Of a DNA stretch of 24,000 nucleotides, positions 9,593-18,682 are shown in pieces (the stretch's first letter is position 1; the number at the start of each line of letters is the position of its first letter). Source of the DNA: Candidatus Frackibacter sp. WG13 (lineage in GTDB: Bacteria; Bacillota; Halanaerobiia; Halobacteroidales; Acetohalobiaceae); the NCBI RefSeq assembly GCF_900114655.1, contig NZ_FOTT01000023.1, positions 14,133 through 38,132 on the forward strand, given 5' to 3'. The notes beneath the pieces were generated by a model. The model was not told the origin of the DNA. It worked only from the letters and a program-made list of their open reading frames with translations, and made no database searches. The position numbers and the translations under genes are program-made.

Positions 9593-9658
9593 GTTTTTAG
9601 TAATGATTAGATTTTTAAGACATAAATTTAATACAAGAAGTGGTTAGGAGGGATTCGC

Positions 9659-9946
9659 TTGCCAGATAAAAGTCTTAAAGAGAAGCTTAAGAATAAATTT
9701 GCTAATCTTTTTGAATTGCCTAAGGATGTAGTGCTAGATTTACCTCATATATCTATGGTTGGTAACATAGAATTTCATTTAGAGAATCATAAAGGTATCA
9801 TTGAATACGAAGAAAATTTAATAAGAATTAGAATTCATAAGGGACAGGTTCTTATTTCTGGAAAAGAGTTAATGATCGAAGAATTAACTAAGGTTGAAGT
9901 TAAAATCAAAGGTCATATTCAAGATGTTATTTTTAAATATCATTAG
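9659..9946 (+). CDS. yqfC: Sporulation protein YqfC
   Basis: TTG start with RBS taggaggga. ELPKDVVLDLPHISMVGNIEFHLENHKGIIEY matches the YqfC family core. It is followed by yqfD after a 14-nt gap. Confidence 0.88.
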   Translation: MPDKSLKEKLKNKFANLFELPKDVVLDLPHISMVGNIEFHLENHKGIIEYEENLIRIRIHKGQVLISGKELMIEELTKVEVKIKGHIQDVIFKYH

Positions 9947-9960
9947 AGGAAGTGTTAATT

Positions 9961-11196
9961 ATGCTCTTTAAAATCTTATATTTATTACGCGGGTATATAG
10001 TAATTCAAATTCGAGGTTGTCAGAAAGAAAAACTGATTAATTATTTAATTAGGAGCAACTTTATTATTTGGGATATTAAGGAGGTGGATGATCATTACTT
10101 AGCTAAATTAGTTGCGGATGATTTTAAAAGAATAAGAGAATCTATTCGTAGAGCCGATTGCACAGTAAGAATAAGGTCTAGACATGGTCTTCCATTTTTT
10201 TTAAAGAAGTTAAAAGTAAGAAATGCTTTGGTAATTGGTTTAGTGGTAGCTGTCATCACAATTTATATCTTATCATCATTCATTTGGACTGTAGAGCTTA
10301 ATGGTTTGGAGGATATAAAAGAAGAAGAAATCTTTTTTTTATTAAATAAAGCAGGTTTTGAGTATGGGATGTTGAAGTATAATTTAAATACCGAAGAAGT
10401 TGAAGACCTTATTAATCAAAATGAGAAAGTAGCTTGGGTAGATGTTAAGGTTAACGGAACTAAATTATTAATAGATTTAGTAGAGAAGACTACTGTTGAA
10501 GGACAGAATATTGAAGGGCAAGCTATCGATTTAGTAGCTGAAAAATCAGGCTTAATTACAGAAGTAATCGTTTTAGAGGGAGAAGCAGTAGTTGAAGAAG
10601 GTACTATAGTGCAAGCAGGAGATAGGTTAATTAGTGGTACTATTAAGCATTATTCAGAACCAGAAGTACAAGAAGAAGTTGCAAATGAAGAAGACCTAGA
10701 CCCGGTTGAGATAGAGAAAGTAGTAGCTAAAGGAATAGTTAAGGCTAAAGTATGGTATGAAAGTTATGGAGAAGTAAATTTAACCGATTATTATCAACAA
10801 CAGACTACCGATGTGGTAGAAAGCTTTAGTATTAAGTATGAAGACCAGGAGTTTCATATTTTTGGACCTAAAAAGCCGCCTTTTGTCTATTTCAAGGTAG
10901 AGAAGACGATTAAATCTTTACCATCATGGAGGAATATTGATCTTCCTATCGAAATAATTAGAAGAAGATATATAAAAATCAAGGAATTCTCGGAGAAGAG
11001 AAGTTTAGCTGAAGCAAAAAAAATAGCTAAGGAACGTGCTTTACAAAAGGTATTAACTCAACTTGATGATGATGCAGTCATATTAGATAAAGATTTAAAA
11101 CTAATATCTACTAATCAAGAGGAGAATAATATAGTTAGAGTTAAAGCTTTAGTTACTACAAAAGAGAATATAGCGTTACAAGAAAATATTCAGTAG
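9961..11196 (+). CDS. yqfD: Stage IV sporulation protein YqfD
   Basis: Matches the YqfD architecture: an N-terminal cytoplasmic region, a single TM (ALVIGLVVAVITIYILSSFIW) and a large C-terminal domain. Conserved yqfC-yqfD-phoH order. I prefer ATG 9961 (gagga 10 nt upstream) to the ORF-track GTG at 9952, which is 1 nt from the SD. Confidence 0.85.
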   Translation: MLFKILYLLRGYIVIQIRGCQKEKLINYLIRSNFIIWDIKEVDDHYLAKLVADDFKRIRESIRRADCTVRIRSRHGLPFFLKKLKVRNALVIGLVVAVITIYILSSFIWTVELNGLEDIKEEEIFFLLNKAGFEYGMLKYNLNTEEVEDLINQNEKVAWVDVKVNGTKLLIDLVEKTTVEGQNIEGQAIDLVAEKSGLITEVIVLEGEAVVEEGTIVQAGDRLISGTIKHYSEPEVQEEVANEEDLDPVEIEKVVAKGIVKAKVWYESYGEVNLTDYYQQQTTDVVESFSIKYEDQEFHIFGPKKPPFVYFKVEKTIKSLPSWRNIDLPIEIIRRRYIKIKEFSEKRSLAEAKKIAKERALQKVLTQLDDDAVILDKDLKLISTNQEENNIVRVKALVTTKENIALQENIQ

Positions 11197-11202
11197 GAGG
11201 TA

Positions 11203-12159
11203 ATGGCAGTATTGATTCAAGAAGAGATAGAATTAGTTAATAATGAAGTAGCAATGCGTATTTTTGGGCAAAGAGATCGTAACTTAAAGTTGATAGAGGA
11301 AGAATTCGATGTAGAAATTTTAGCTAGAGGCAACTATCTTCAAATTGAAGGTGATGATGAAAGAGAAGTTGAAAAGGTAGTTAAGCTTTTTAAAGAATTA
11401 AGTAAAGTTGTAACTAATGAACATAGCTTAGATGAAAGAGAAATGGAGTATGCTATTAAATTAGCAGTTGAAGATAAATTCAATTTAGATAGGATATATT
11501 CTGATATAGTACAAGTGACCCATAAAGGAAGAAAGATAAAACCAAAGACGATAGGTCAGAAAGTATATATTGATGCTATTCGTAATCAAGATATTGTTTT
11601 TGGAATTGGTCCAGCTGGAACTGGGAAGACCTATTTAGCCGTAGTAATGGCAGTTAATGCGTTAATAACCAATCAAGTACGGAGAATAATCTTAACTAGA
11701 CCTGCTATTGAGGCAGGAGAGAATTTAGGTTTCTTACCTGGTGATTTACAAGAGAAGGTTGACCCTTATTTAAGACCTTTATATGATGGGTTGTATGAAG
11801 TATTAGGGCCAAAGAAAGTAGATGAACTCTTAGAACAAGAGATTATTGAAATTGCTCCTTTAGCATATATGCGGGGAAGAACATTAAAAGATTCTTTTGT
11901 AATTTTAGATGAGGCTCAGAACACAACTTCGGCTCAGATGAAGATGTTCTTAACTAGACTAGGAGTTAATTCTAAAGCAGTAATTAACGGTGATATAACA
12001 CAGGTAGATTTATCGAGCCGAAAGACTTCCGGGCTTAATCAAGTACGAAAGATTTTGGCTGGTATTTCTGGGATTGAATTTGTTTATTTGACTAATAAAG
12101 ATGTTGTAAGACACCGATTAGTTCAAAAGATTATCGAAGCATATGAATCAAAAGTCTAA
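11203..12159 (+). CDS. phoH: PhoH-like ATPase (PhoH/YbeZ)
   Basis: Walker A GPAGTGKTYLA and Walker B FVILDEAQNTT. The N-terminal region aligns with B. subtilis PhoH. It lies upstream of pgpH-ybeY, as in most bacteria. Confidence 0.95.
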   Translation: MAVLIQEEIELVNNEVAMRIFGQRDRNLKLIEEEFDVEILARGNYLQIEGDDEREVEKVVKLFKELSKVVTNEHSLDEREMEYAIKLAVEDKFNLDRIYSDIVQVTHKGRKIKPKTIGQKVYIDAIRNQDIVFGIGPAGTGKTYLAVVMAVNALITNQVRRIILTRPAIEAGENLGFLPGDLQEKVDPYLRPLYDGLYEVLGPKKVDELLEQEIIEIAPLAYMRGRTLKDSFVILDEAQNTTSAQMKMFLTRLGVNSKAVINGDITQVDLSSRKTSGLNQVRKILAGISGIEFVYLTNKDVVRHRLVQKIIEAYESKV

Positions 12160-12182
12160 TAGCAGCTTAAGGAGTGTGGTTA

Positions 12183-14363
12183 ATGGGTTTTTTAAATGAT
12201 ATTAAAGATAAGTTTTCGGTTAGTGATCTACAGCTTTCCCAGGATATTGTTACTAAACGATGGATTTGGGGGATTGTAGTCTTTATTATTTTAACTTTAA
12301 TTTTGACTATAGACTTTATACCTAATCAAGTTAATTTAAAAGTAGGACAAGTTAGTCCTAGAGATATAGTAGCACCTAAAACGATTGAATATGTAGACCA
12401 AGAAAGAACTAAAGAGTTGAGAGAGAAGGCAGCAAATTCTGTTTCTAAAGTATATGTTGAAGAAGCAACAGTCTTAGATGATATAGAGCAGAGATTAGAT
12501 AATTTCTTTACAACAGTCAGAAGTTATAATAGTGTGATTAAAAGCGAACAAAACGAGAATAAAGATATTAAAGAGAAGAATACATTGGATCTGTCAAAAA
12601 AGGTTGAAAAGATTGAGGCTAAAACTGAAGCCGAAGTTTCAGCTAAAGCAATTAAGTATTTATTACAAGCTAATGCTAAAACTTTAGATTATGTGGAAGA
12701 AGAGACTAATCAAATCATAACTAAATATTTAAATAGAGGAATCAAGAGTGATGCTATAGGGCAAGTAAAAGAACATATTCAGCAAGATATTCAAGCTTTA
12801 TCGATAACTAATCGTTATAAATATGTAATTGAAGAACTAACTAGTAATTTAATTAGACCTAATTTAGTCTTAAATAAAGAAGCAACAACTCTACGAAGGA
12901 AAAAAGCTCGAGAAGCTGTTAAACCAGTTAAGAAGACTGTCCATCAAGGAGAAGTAATCATTCGGCATGGGAAAGTAGTCACAAAGGAAGATATTCAAAT
13001 TTTAAATGTATTAGGACTACGACATAAGCAGGTCAATGTATTTGCTATTTTAGGCCTATCTTTAATTGTATTTATCTTTATGAGTGCATTTGTGATATAT
13101 GTGTCACAGTATTATTCTGATATAGTAAATGATGAAGGAGTAGTGGCACTATTAGGTATTTTACCTATCTTAATGTTGCTTTTTGCCAAGATAATGACCT
13201 TCTTTCCGATTGATAAACCGGCTTATTTTGTGCCTGTTGCTGGTATGTCAATGTTGTTAGCTATTTTAGTTAATTATAACTTATCAATTATGGTTACTAT
13301 TCCTCTCGGATTTTTAGTAAGCTTAGTAACTGGAGGCGGGATTGCAGAGACTGCAGTAGCTGTAATTGGCGGTTTAGCGGGTGTTTATAGTGTTTCAAAG
13401 GTAAGCCAACGTTCTGACCTAGTAAGAGCAGGTTTTTATGTAAGTGGAGCTAGTGCTTTAACTATTTTATCTTTTGAGTTAAGTAGTCCACCGATTGCCT
13501 TATTAGATCTATTAAAATTAATAATGATGGGTATACTAAACGGGATAACTGCGGCGGTAGTAACTAATGGGTTATTGCCATATTTAGAGAATACATTTGG
13601 AATTACTTCTCCGGTTAAGTTATTAGAGTTATCAAATCCGAATCAACCATTACTTAAGAAGTTATTAGTTGAAGCGCCAGGGACTTATCATCATAGTGTA
13701 ATTGTAGGGAACTTAGCTGAAGCCGCTGCTGATGAGGTAGGAGCTGATTCATTATTAGTTAGAGTTGGTGCTTACTATCATGATATAGGTAAGATTAAAC
13801 GCCCTTATTTCTTTACAGAGAATCAGTTAGGCCAGGATAATCCACATGGTAAGTTATCACCGAATTTAAGTACTTTAATCATTACCTCTCATGCTAAAGA
13901 CGGTGTAGAGTTGGCTAAAAAGTATGGCTTACCGAGAAATATAACTAATATTATTCGACAACATCATGGTACAAGTTTAGTTTCTTTCTTTTATCAAGAA
14001 GCAGCGAATGACGATAAGTACGAAAATGTACAAGAGGAAGATTTCAGATATAAAGGTCCTAGACCGCAGAATAAAGAAGCGGCCTTAGTTATGTTAGCCG
14101 ATATTGTTGAAGCTGCTGTTCGTTCTAAAGCGGAAGTGCAGGCTAATCCTGGGAAGATTGAAGCTTTAGTAAGGCAATTAATTAAGAGTAAATTAGATAA
14201 AGGACAGCTAGATGAATCAGATTTGACACTCAAAGATTTAGACCGAATTGCTACAGCTTTTGTTAATGTCCTGACCGGTATCTTTCATAATAGAGTAGAA
14301 TACCCAGAGAATTTAGCTGAGGAGATGCGGAAGGAGTCTAACCTAAATGGAAATTCTGATTAA
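12183..14363 (+). CDS. pgpH: 7TM-receptor HD-domain phosphohydrolase PgpH (YqfF family, cyclic-di-AMP phosphodiesterase)
   Basis: N-terminal TM plus an extracytoplasmic domain, a 7-TM block (aa ~290-480), and a C-terminal HD domain (HHSVIVGNLAEAAA, AYYHDIGK, RQHHG). I prefer ATG 12183 (aaggag 10 nt upstream) to GTG 12174. Confidence 0.92.
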   Translation: MGFLNDIKDKFSVSDLQLSQDIVTKRWIWGIVVFIILTLILTIDFIPNQVNLKVGQVSPRDIVAPKTIEYVDQERTKELREKAANSVSKVYVEEATVLDDIEQRLDNFFTTVRSYNSVIKSEQNENKDIKEKNTLDLSKKVEKIEAKTEAEVSAKAIKYLLQANAKTLDYVEEETNQIITKYLNRGIKSDAIGQVKEHIQQDIQALSITNRYKYVIEELTSNLIRPNLVLNKEATTLRRKKAREAVKPVKKTVHQGEVIIRHGKVVTKEDIQILNVLGLRHKQVNVFAILGLSLIVFIFMSAFVIYVSQYYSDIVNDEGVVALLGILPILMLLFAKIMTFFPIDKPAYFVPVAGMSMLLAILVNYNLSIMVTIPLGFLVSLVTGGGIAETAVAVIGGLAGVYSVSKVSQRSDLVRAGFYVSGASALTILSFELSSPPIALLDLLKLIMMGILNGITAAVVTNGLLPYLENTFGITSPVKLLELSNPNQPLLKKLLVEAPGTYHHSVIVGNLAEAAADEVGADSLLVRVGAYYHDIGKIKRPYFFTENQLGQDNPHGKLSPNLSTLIITSHAKDGVELAKKYGLPRNITNIIRQHHGTSLVSFFYQEAANDDKYENVQEEDFRYKGPRPQNKEAALVMLADIVEAAVRSKAEVQANPGKIEALVRQLIKSKLDKGQLDESDLTLKDLDRIATAFVNVLTGIFHNRVEYPENLAEEMRKESNLNGNSD

Positions 14364-14775
14364 TAATCTGCAAGAAGAGATTGAAGTGACAACCAAAATA
14401 GAAAAGTTAATCAAAAAAGTAATTAATGAAACTGCTAAATTAGAAGGAATTGATGCTAAAGAAGTCAGTGTTGCTTTAGTAACTAATGAATATATTAAAG
14501 AATTGAATGCAAAATATAGAGATAAAGATGAACCGACGGATGTGTTATCATTTCCTTTGGATGAAGAATTACTAGGAGATATTATTATTTCTTTAGAACG
14601 TGCTCAGAAGCAAGCTAATGAATATAATCATTCTTTAGAACGTGAGGTTGGTTTTTTAACAGTTCATGGCATGTTACATTTGTTAGGTCATGATCACTAC
14701 CAAGAAGAAGAGAGAAAAGTAATGAGAAGCAAAGAGAAAGAAGTACTTAAAAAGCTTAATTTAAATCGTGAATAA
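14347..14775 (+). CDS. ybeY: rRNA maturation endoribonuclease YbeY
   Basis: Zinc-binding motif HGMLHLLGHDH. The start overlaps the pgpH 3' end by 17 nt, with aaggag 10 nt upstream, which suggests translational coupling. Confidence 0.95.
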   Translation: MEILINNLQEEIEVTTKIEKLIKKVINETAKLEGIDAKEVSVALVTNEYIKELNAKYRDKDEPTDVLSFPLDEELLGDIIISLERAQKQANEYNHSLEREVGFLTVHGMLHLLGHDHYQEEERKVMRSKEKEVLKKLNLNRE

Positions 14776-14805
14776 CGCGTTTGATTTATATTAGGAGGGG
14801 CTTAA

Positions 14806-16080
14806 ATGGGAAATCTGTTGCAGAGCGCAGAATTGATAGCCTTAGGATTCTTATTTATTCTATCTGGCTTTTTCTCTGGTTCAGAAACTGCATTGATGTC
14901 AGTTAATCGAGTTAAGATAAAACATATGTTACAAGAAGGAGACTCTAAGGCTAAGACTGTAGATGAATTACTAGAACAACCAGATAGATTATTAACTACT
15001 ATTTTAGTAGGTAATAACTTAGTAAATATTGCTGCATCATCGATTGCAACGGCTTTGGCTATTGATTTATTTGGTAATAAGGGAGTAGGGATTGCAACTG
15101 GTGTAGTTACTTTCTTTATTTTAATCTTTGGTGAGATTACTCCTAAATCTTTTGCAAGTCAGAATGCAGAATTAGCATCTAAATGGGTAGCTAAATATAT
15201 AAAGATGTTTTCTTATGTTCTTACACCATTTATTAAAATTTTGACAGTTATTACTTCTTTTATTATTAGGGCTGTTGGTGGAACTCCGCGCCAAAAGAAA
15301 CCATTTGTAACTGAAGAAGAGATTAAGAAGTTTGTTAATGTAGGCGAAAGAGAAGGAGTAATCGAATCTGATGAAAGAGAAATGATAAATAGCATCTTTG
15401 ATTTTGATGACACAATCGTAAAAGAGATTATGGTTCCTAGGATAGATATGGTCTGTATTGAGATCAATACACCGATTGAGGAATTGGTAGAGTTGATCAT
15501 TGACCTCGGCTATTCACGAGTTCCAGTTTATAACGAAACGGTTGATAATATAGTCGGAATTGTTTATGCTAAAGACTTATTAAACTTTTTAAATCAAGAT
15601 GGTGAAATGGAGATTAAGAAGATTATGCGTCCTGCGTATTATGTGCCAGAGACTAAAGAGATAGATAGTTTATTAACTGAATTAAGAAAAGAGAAGATTC
15701 ATATGGCTATCATTCTCGATGAATATGGTGGGACAGAAGGCTTGGTTACTATTGAAGATCTTCTAGAGGAGATAGTTGGTGATATTCAGGATGAATATGA
15801 TGTTGAAGAAAGACAGATTAAAGTCATTTCGGAAACAGAGATTTTGGTAGATGCTAGGGTTGATATAGATGAAATTAATGAAGTTTTAAATATTGATTTA
15901 CCTGAGGAGGATTATGAAACGATTAGTGGCTTTATTTTAAGTACTTTAGGATATGTTCCTGAAGAGGGTGAAGAGATAGAATTTGAAAATTTGACCTTAA
16001 TTGTTAAAGATACTGTACAAAGGCGTATATCGAAGGTGAAGATTATTAAAGAAAAGCTTGAAGTAGTTGATGAAAAATAG
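14806..16080 (+). CDS. DUF21/CNNM-CBS pair-CorC_HlyC membrane protein (TlyC/'hemolysin' family, probable Mg2+/divalent-cation transport mediator)
   Basis: N-terminal 4-TM DUF21 domain with GSETALMS. The central region fits a CBS pair (IMVPRIDMV..., VGIVYAKDLL...). C-terminal transporter-associated domain (ETISGFILSTLGYVPEEGE). RBS aggagggg. Confidence 0.88.
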   Translation: MGNLLQSAELIALGFLFILSGFFSGSETALMSVNRVKIKHMLQEGDSKAKTVDELLEQPDRLLTTILVGNNLVNIAASSIATALAIDLFGNKGVGIATGVVTFFILIFGEITPKSFASQNAELASKWVAKYIKMFSYVLTPFIKILTVITSFIIRAVGGTPRQKKPFVTEEEIKKFVNVGEREGVIESDEREMINSIFDFDDTIVKEIMVPRIDMVCIEINTPIEELVELIIDLGYSRVPVYNETVDNIVGIVYAKDLLNFLNQDGEMEIKKIMRPAYYVPETKEIDSLLTELRKEKIHMAIILDEYGGTEGLVTIEDLLEEIVGDIQDEYDVEERQIKVISETEILVDARVDIDEINEVLNIDLPEEDYETISGFILSTLGYVPEEGEEIEFENLTLIVKDTVQRRISKVKIIKEKLEVVDEK

Positions 16081-16130
16081 GAAGAGGAAGAGAAATAGAA
16101 GGGTAGGTAGGGAGAGAGGAGGACATTGAA

Positions 16131-16733
16131 GTGTTAAAGAGTCTCAGAAATTATTTAATTACCGGATTAATTATATTATTACCACTGATTATAACAGTTT
16201 ACATAGTAACTAGTATCTTTAATGCTGTAGATGGTGTCTTAAGACCCTTAGTAGAATTAGTGATCGGCAGATCAATCTATGGTTTAGGTTTTTTGCTTAC
16301 TATTGGCTTCATATTAGGGGTTGGTGCTATAGGTACTAATGTATTAGGGAAGAGGTTAATAGATTATGGAGAGAGAATATTAACTAAGATTCCTTTGGTG
16401 AGGAATATTTATTTAACAGTGCAACAGTTAATTGATGCTCTCTTTTTAAAAAATAAGACGGCCTTTAGGAAGGTAGTTTTGATAGAGTATCCTCGTAAAG
16501 GTCTCTATCAAGTAGGTTTTTTAACTAGCGAAGGGATGGGAGAAGTACAAAGCAATACCGATGAAGAGGTTATTAATATCTTTGTTCCCACTACTCCTAA
16601 CCCTACTTCAGGTATGTTAGTGTTGGTGCCAAAAGAAGATATTACGTATTTAGATATGAATGTAGAAGAAGGTTTGAAGTTAATTATTTCTGGTGGTACT
16701 GTAGTACCTAATAAGAAAAGAATAGAAGGCTAA
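16131..16733 (+). CDS. DUF502 family membrane protein
   Basis: Two N-terminal TM helices and the family signature VPTTPNPTSG. GTG start 7 nt after gaggagga. Confidence 0.82.
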   Translation: MLKSLRNYLITGLIILLPLIITVYIVTSIFNAVDGVLRPLVELVIGRSIYGLGFLLTIGFILGVGAIGTNVLGKRLIDYGERILTKIPLVRNIYLTVQQLIDALFLKNKTAFRKVVLIEYPRKGLYQVGFLTSEGMGEVQSNTDEEVINIFVPTTPNPTSGMLVLVPKEDITYLDMNVEEGLKLIISGGTVVPNKKRIEG

Positions 16734-16773
16734 TTCTAAATATAAAGTAGTATAGAAAGGAGTCGATACAACA

Positions 16774-17184
16774 GTGGATAATACTATTTATCAAGAATTA
16801 ATTGCAGCGGCTAAGCTAGCGAGAAAGAAGGCCTATGTACCATATTCCAATTTTGCTGTAGGAGCAGCAATATTAACTGAAGATGACCAAATCTATACTG
16901 GTTGTAATGTTGAAAATGCTTCTTATGGTTTAAGTAACTGTGCAGAACGAACTGCTATCTTTAAAGCAATTTCTGAAAGAGGGGAGATTAAGCTAAAAGC
17001 CATAGCAGTTGTCGGTGATACAGAAGGACCTTGTTCGCCTTGTGGAGCATGCCGCCAAGTAATATCTGAATTTGGTGATGATGATTTAGAGATAGTTATG
17101 ACTAATTTAGAAGGTGATACTTTAATAAAGAGTATTAGTGAATTACTATGGGGGTCTTTTAAGCTAGAGGAGGACACAGAATAA
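16774..17184 (+). CDS. cdd: Cytidine deaminase (homotetrameric type)
   Basis: Zinc ligand motifs CAERTAIF and CSPCGACRQV. Colinear with B. subtilis Cdd. GTG start with aaggag upstream. Confidence 0.95.
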   Translation: MDNTIYQELIAAAKLARKKAYVPYSNFAVGAAILTEDDQIYTGCNVENASYGLSNCAERTAIFKAISERGEIKLKAIAVVGDTEGPCSPCGACRQVISEFGDDDLEIVMTNLEGDTLIKSISELLWGSFKLEEDTE

Positions 17185-17187
17185 AAA

Positions 17188-17643
17188 ATGGCTTATTATA
17201 TTGAAATTTTGCAACAATATAATCAAGAGTTATTAGATAAATTAGTAGCATTAGAAAAAGAGGCCTTTGGTTCTGGAGGACTAAACAAATGGCATCTAGT
17301 TCCCTTTATTAATCATGGTAAGGTCTTTGTACTTTATAATGATGATGAGCCGATTGGATTAATGGAAGTGATGCTTGATTTTGATAATCGGCAGTTAGCA
17401 TATCTTTTTGGCCTATCGATCAAAACAGAATATAAGAACCAAGGATTAGGGAGTAAATTATTCGATTATGTCTTACAATGGTTGCAGAAAGCTGGATTTA
17501 AAGAAGTAGAACTAACAGTTGATCCTAATAATGAAGGCGCTTATCATATTTATAAGGATAAGTTTGGGTTTAAAAAGGAAGAATATAGAGACGAAGAGTA
17601 TGGTAGGAATGAACCACGATTAGTTATGAAGTTAAATCTATAA
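17188..17643 (+). CDS. GNAT-family N-acetyltransferase, substrate unknown
   Basis: Acetyl-CoA binding motif A (KNQGLGSKLFDYVLQWL) and the size typical of a single GNAT fold. It starts 3 nt after the cdd stop. Confidence 0.8.
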   Translation: MAYYIEILQQYNQELLDKLVALEKEAFGSGGLNKWHLVPFINHGKVFVLYNDDEPIGLMEVMLDFDNRQLAYLFGLSIKTEYKNQGLGSKLFDYVLQWLQKAGFKEVELTVDPNNEGAYHIYKDKFGFKKEEYRDEEYGRNEPRLVMKLNL

Positions 17644-17694
17644 GATTATAAGATTATAAAATTAAATTTATAAGAGGTGGAGGATCAACATGAT

Positions 17695-18600
17695 ATGCTA
17701 GATGAAAAAGAAGGGTTTAAATCGGGATTCATAACGGTTATAGGTCGACCTAACGCAGGTAAATCGACGTTAATCAATAAATTAATTGGTGAAAAGATAG
17801 TAATTACTACTCCTAAACAACAGACGACTCGTAATAAAATCCAGTGCATTTTGACTACAGATGATGCTCAACTTATCTTCATTGATACGCCGGGTATTCA
17901 TCAACCTAAAGATAAAATGGGAGAGTATATGGTCGATGTTGCTTACAAATCATTAAAGAAAGTTGATTTAATCTTATTTATGGTTGATTGTCAAAAAGGG
18001 ATTCGCAAGTTAGAGAAGAAGATTAGTAATCAGTTACAAGGGTTGCAGACACCGATAATTTTAGTCTTAAATAAGATAGATTCTATTTCGAAGCCAGAAC
18101 TAGCAAATATAATTGAAGAAGGTAATCAGTTAGGAGATTACGTTGATTTAATTCCTTTATCGGCTAAATATAAACAGAATCTTGACCAATTAATTAATAA
18201 GATGATTGAGATAATGCCACAGGGACCTAAATATTATCCAGAAGATATGATTACCGATCAAATTGAACAATTTATAATTGCTGAGTTAATCAGAGAAAAG
18301 ATTATGTATTTAACAAGAGAAGAGGTTCCTCATGCAGTAGCAATTGAGATAGTGCAGATGAAGAAACGTAAAAATAGAGACTTAGTAGATATTAATGCTA
18401 ATATTTATGTAGAAAGAGATTCACAAAAAGGAATTATTATTGGGAAAAATGGAAAGAGATTAAAGGAGATCGGTAAAAGAGCTAGAAAAGATATAGAGGA
18501 CCTATTAGGTAGTCAAATCTATTTAGACTTATGGGTTAAAGTTAGAAAAGATTGGAGAGAAAAGGAGGATGCTTTAAAGATGTTAGGCTATCGAGGGTAA
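17695..18600 (+). CDS. era: GTPase Era
   Basis: G1 GRPNAGKSTL, G3 DTPGI and G4 NKID. C-terminal KH domain (IIIGKNGKRLKEIG). I prefer ATG 17695 (aggtggagga ~10 nt upstream) to the ORF-track GTG at 17677, which lies inside the SD. Confidence 0.95.
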   Translation: MLDEKEGFKSGFITVIGRPNAGKSTLINKLIGEKIVITTPKQQTTRNKIQCILTTDDAQLIFIDTPGIHQPKDKMGEYMVDVAYKSLKKVDLILFMVDCQKGIRKLEKKISNQLQGLQTPIILVLNKIDSISKPELANIIEEGNQLGDYVDLIPLSAKYKQNLDQLINKMIEIMPQGPKYYPEDMITDQIEQFIIAELIREKIMYLTREEVPHAVAIEIVQMKKRKNRDLVDINANIYVERDSQKGIIIGKNGKRLKEIGKRARKDIEDLLGSQIYLDLWVKVRKDWREKEDALKMLGYRG

Positions 18601-18682
18601 TTGGAGTACCTCTTTACAAAGACTAGTATAAGGTTATATATAAATATTTAAAAATTAAAGATTAAGCTTGGAGGTTGATAAT

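Noticed and set aside
10195-10340. Two T8 homopolymers (10195-10202, 10333-10340) inside yqfD, considered as possible phase-variation tracts
   Set aside because: Both are in frame (PFFLKK, IFFLLNK) in a very AT-rich genome where such runs are expected by composition. There is no evidence of frameshifted alternative products.
16079-16126. ~48-nt almost pure polypurine tract (gaagaggaagagaaatagaagggtaggtagggagagaggagga) between the CNNM gene and DUF502
   Set aside because: It contains the stop of the upstream gene and the SD of the next one. The most economical reading is an extended SD-rich spacer. I see no repeat unit or RNA structure, and a single-strand purine run cannot self-pair.
17641-17664. 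Octamer periodicity TAAGATTA TAAGATTA TAAAATTA starting at the GNAT stop codon, upstream of era
   Set aside because: It is very short, AT-only and low-complexity. It could hold a -10-like TATAAA for era, but that cannot be distinguished from background AT richness.
7985-18682. Longer ORF-track starts: GTG 7985 (floA), GTG 9952 (yqfD), GTG 12174 (pgpH), GTG 17677 (era) and TTG 18668 (deoC)
   Set aside because: In each case the upstream alternative codon lies within or 1-2 nt from the Shine-Dalgarno sequence. An in-frame ATG sits 8-10 nt downstream of the SD, so I used the ATG starts. The calls are not otherwise affected.
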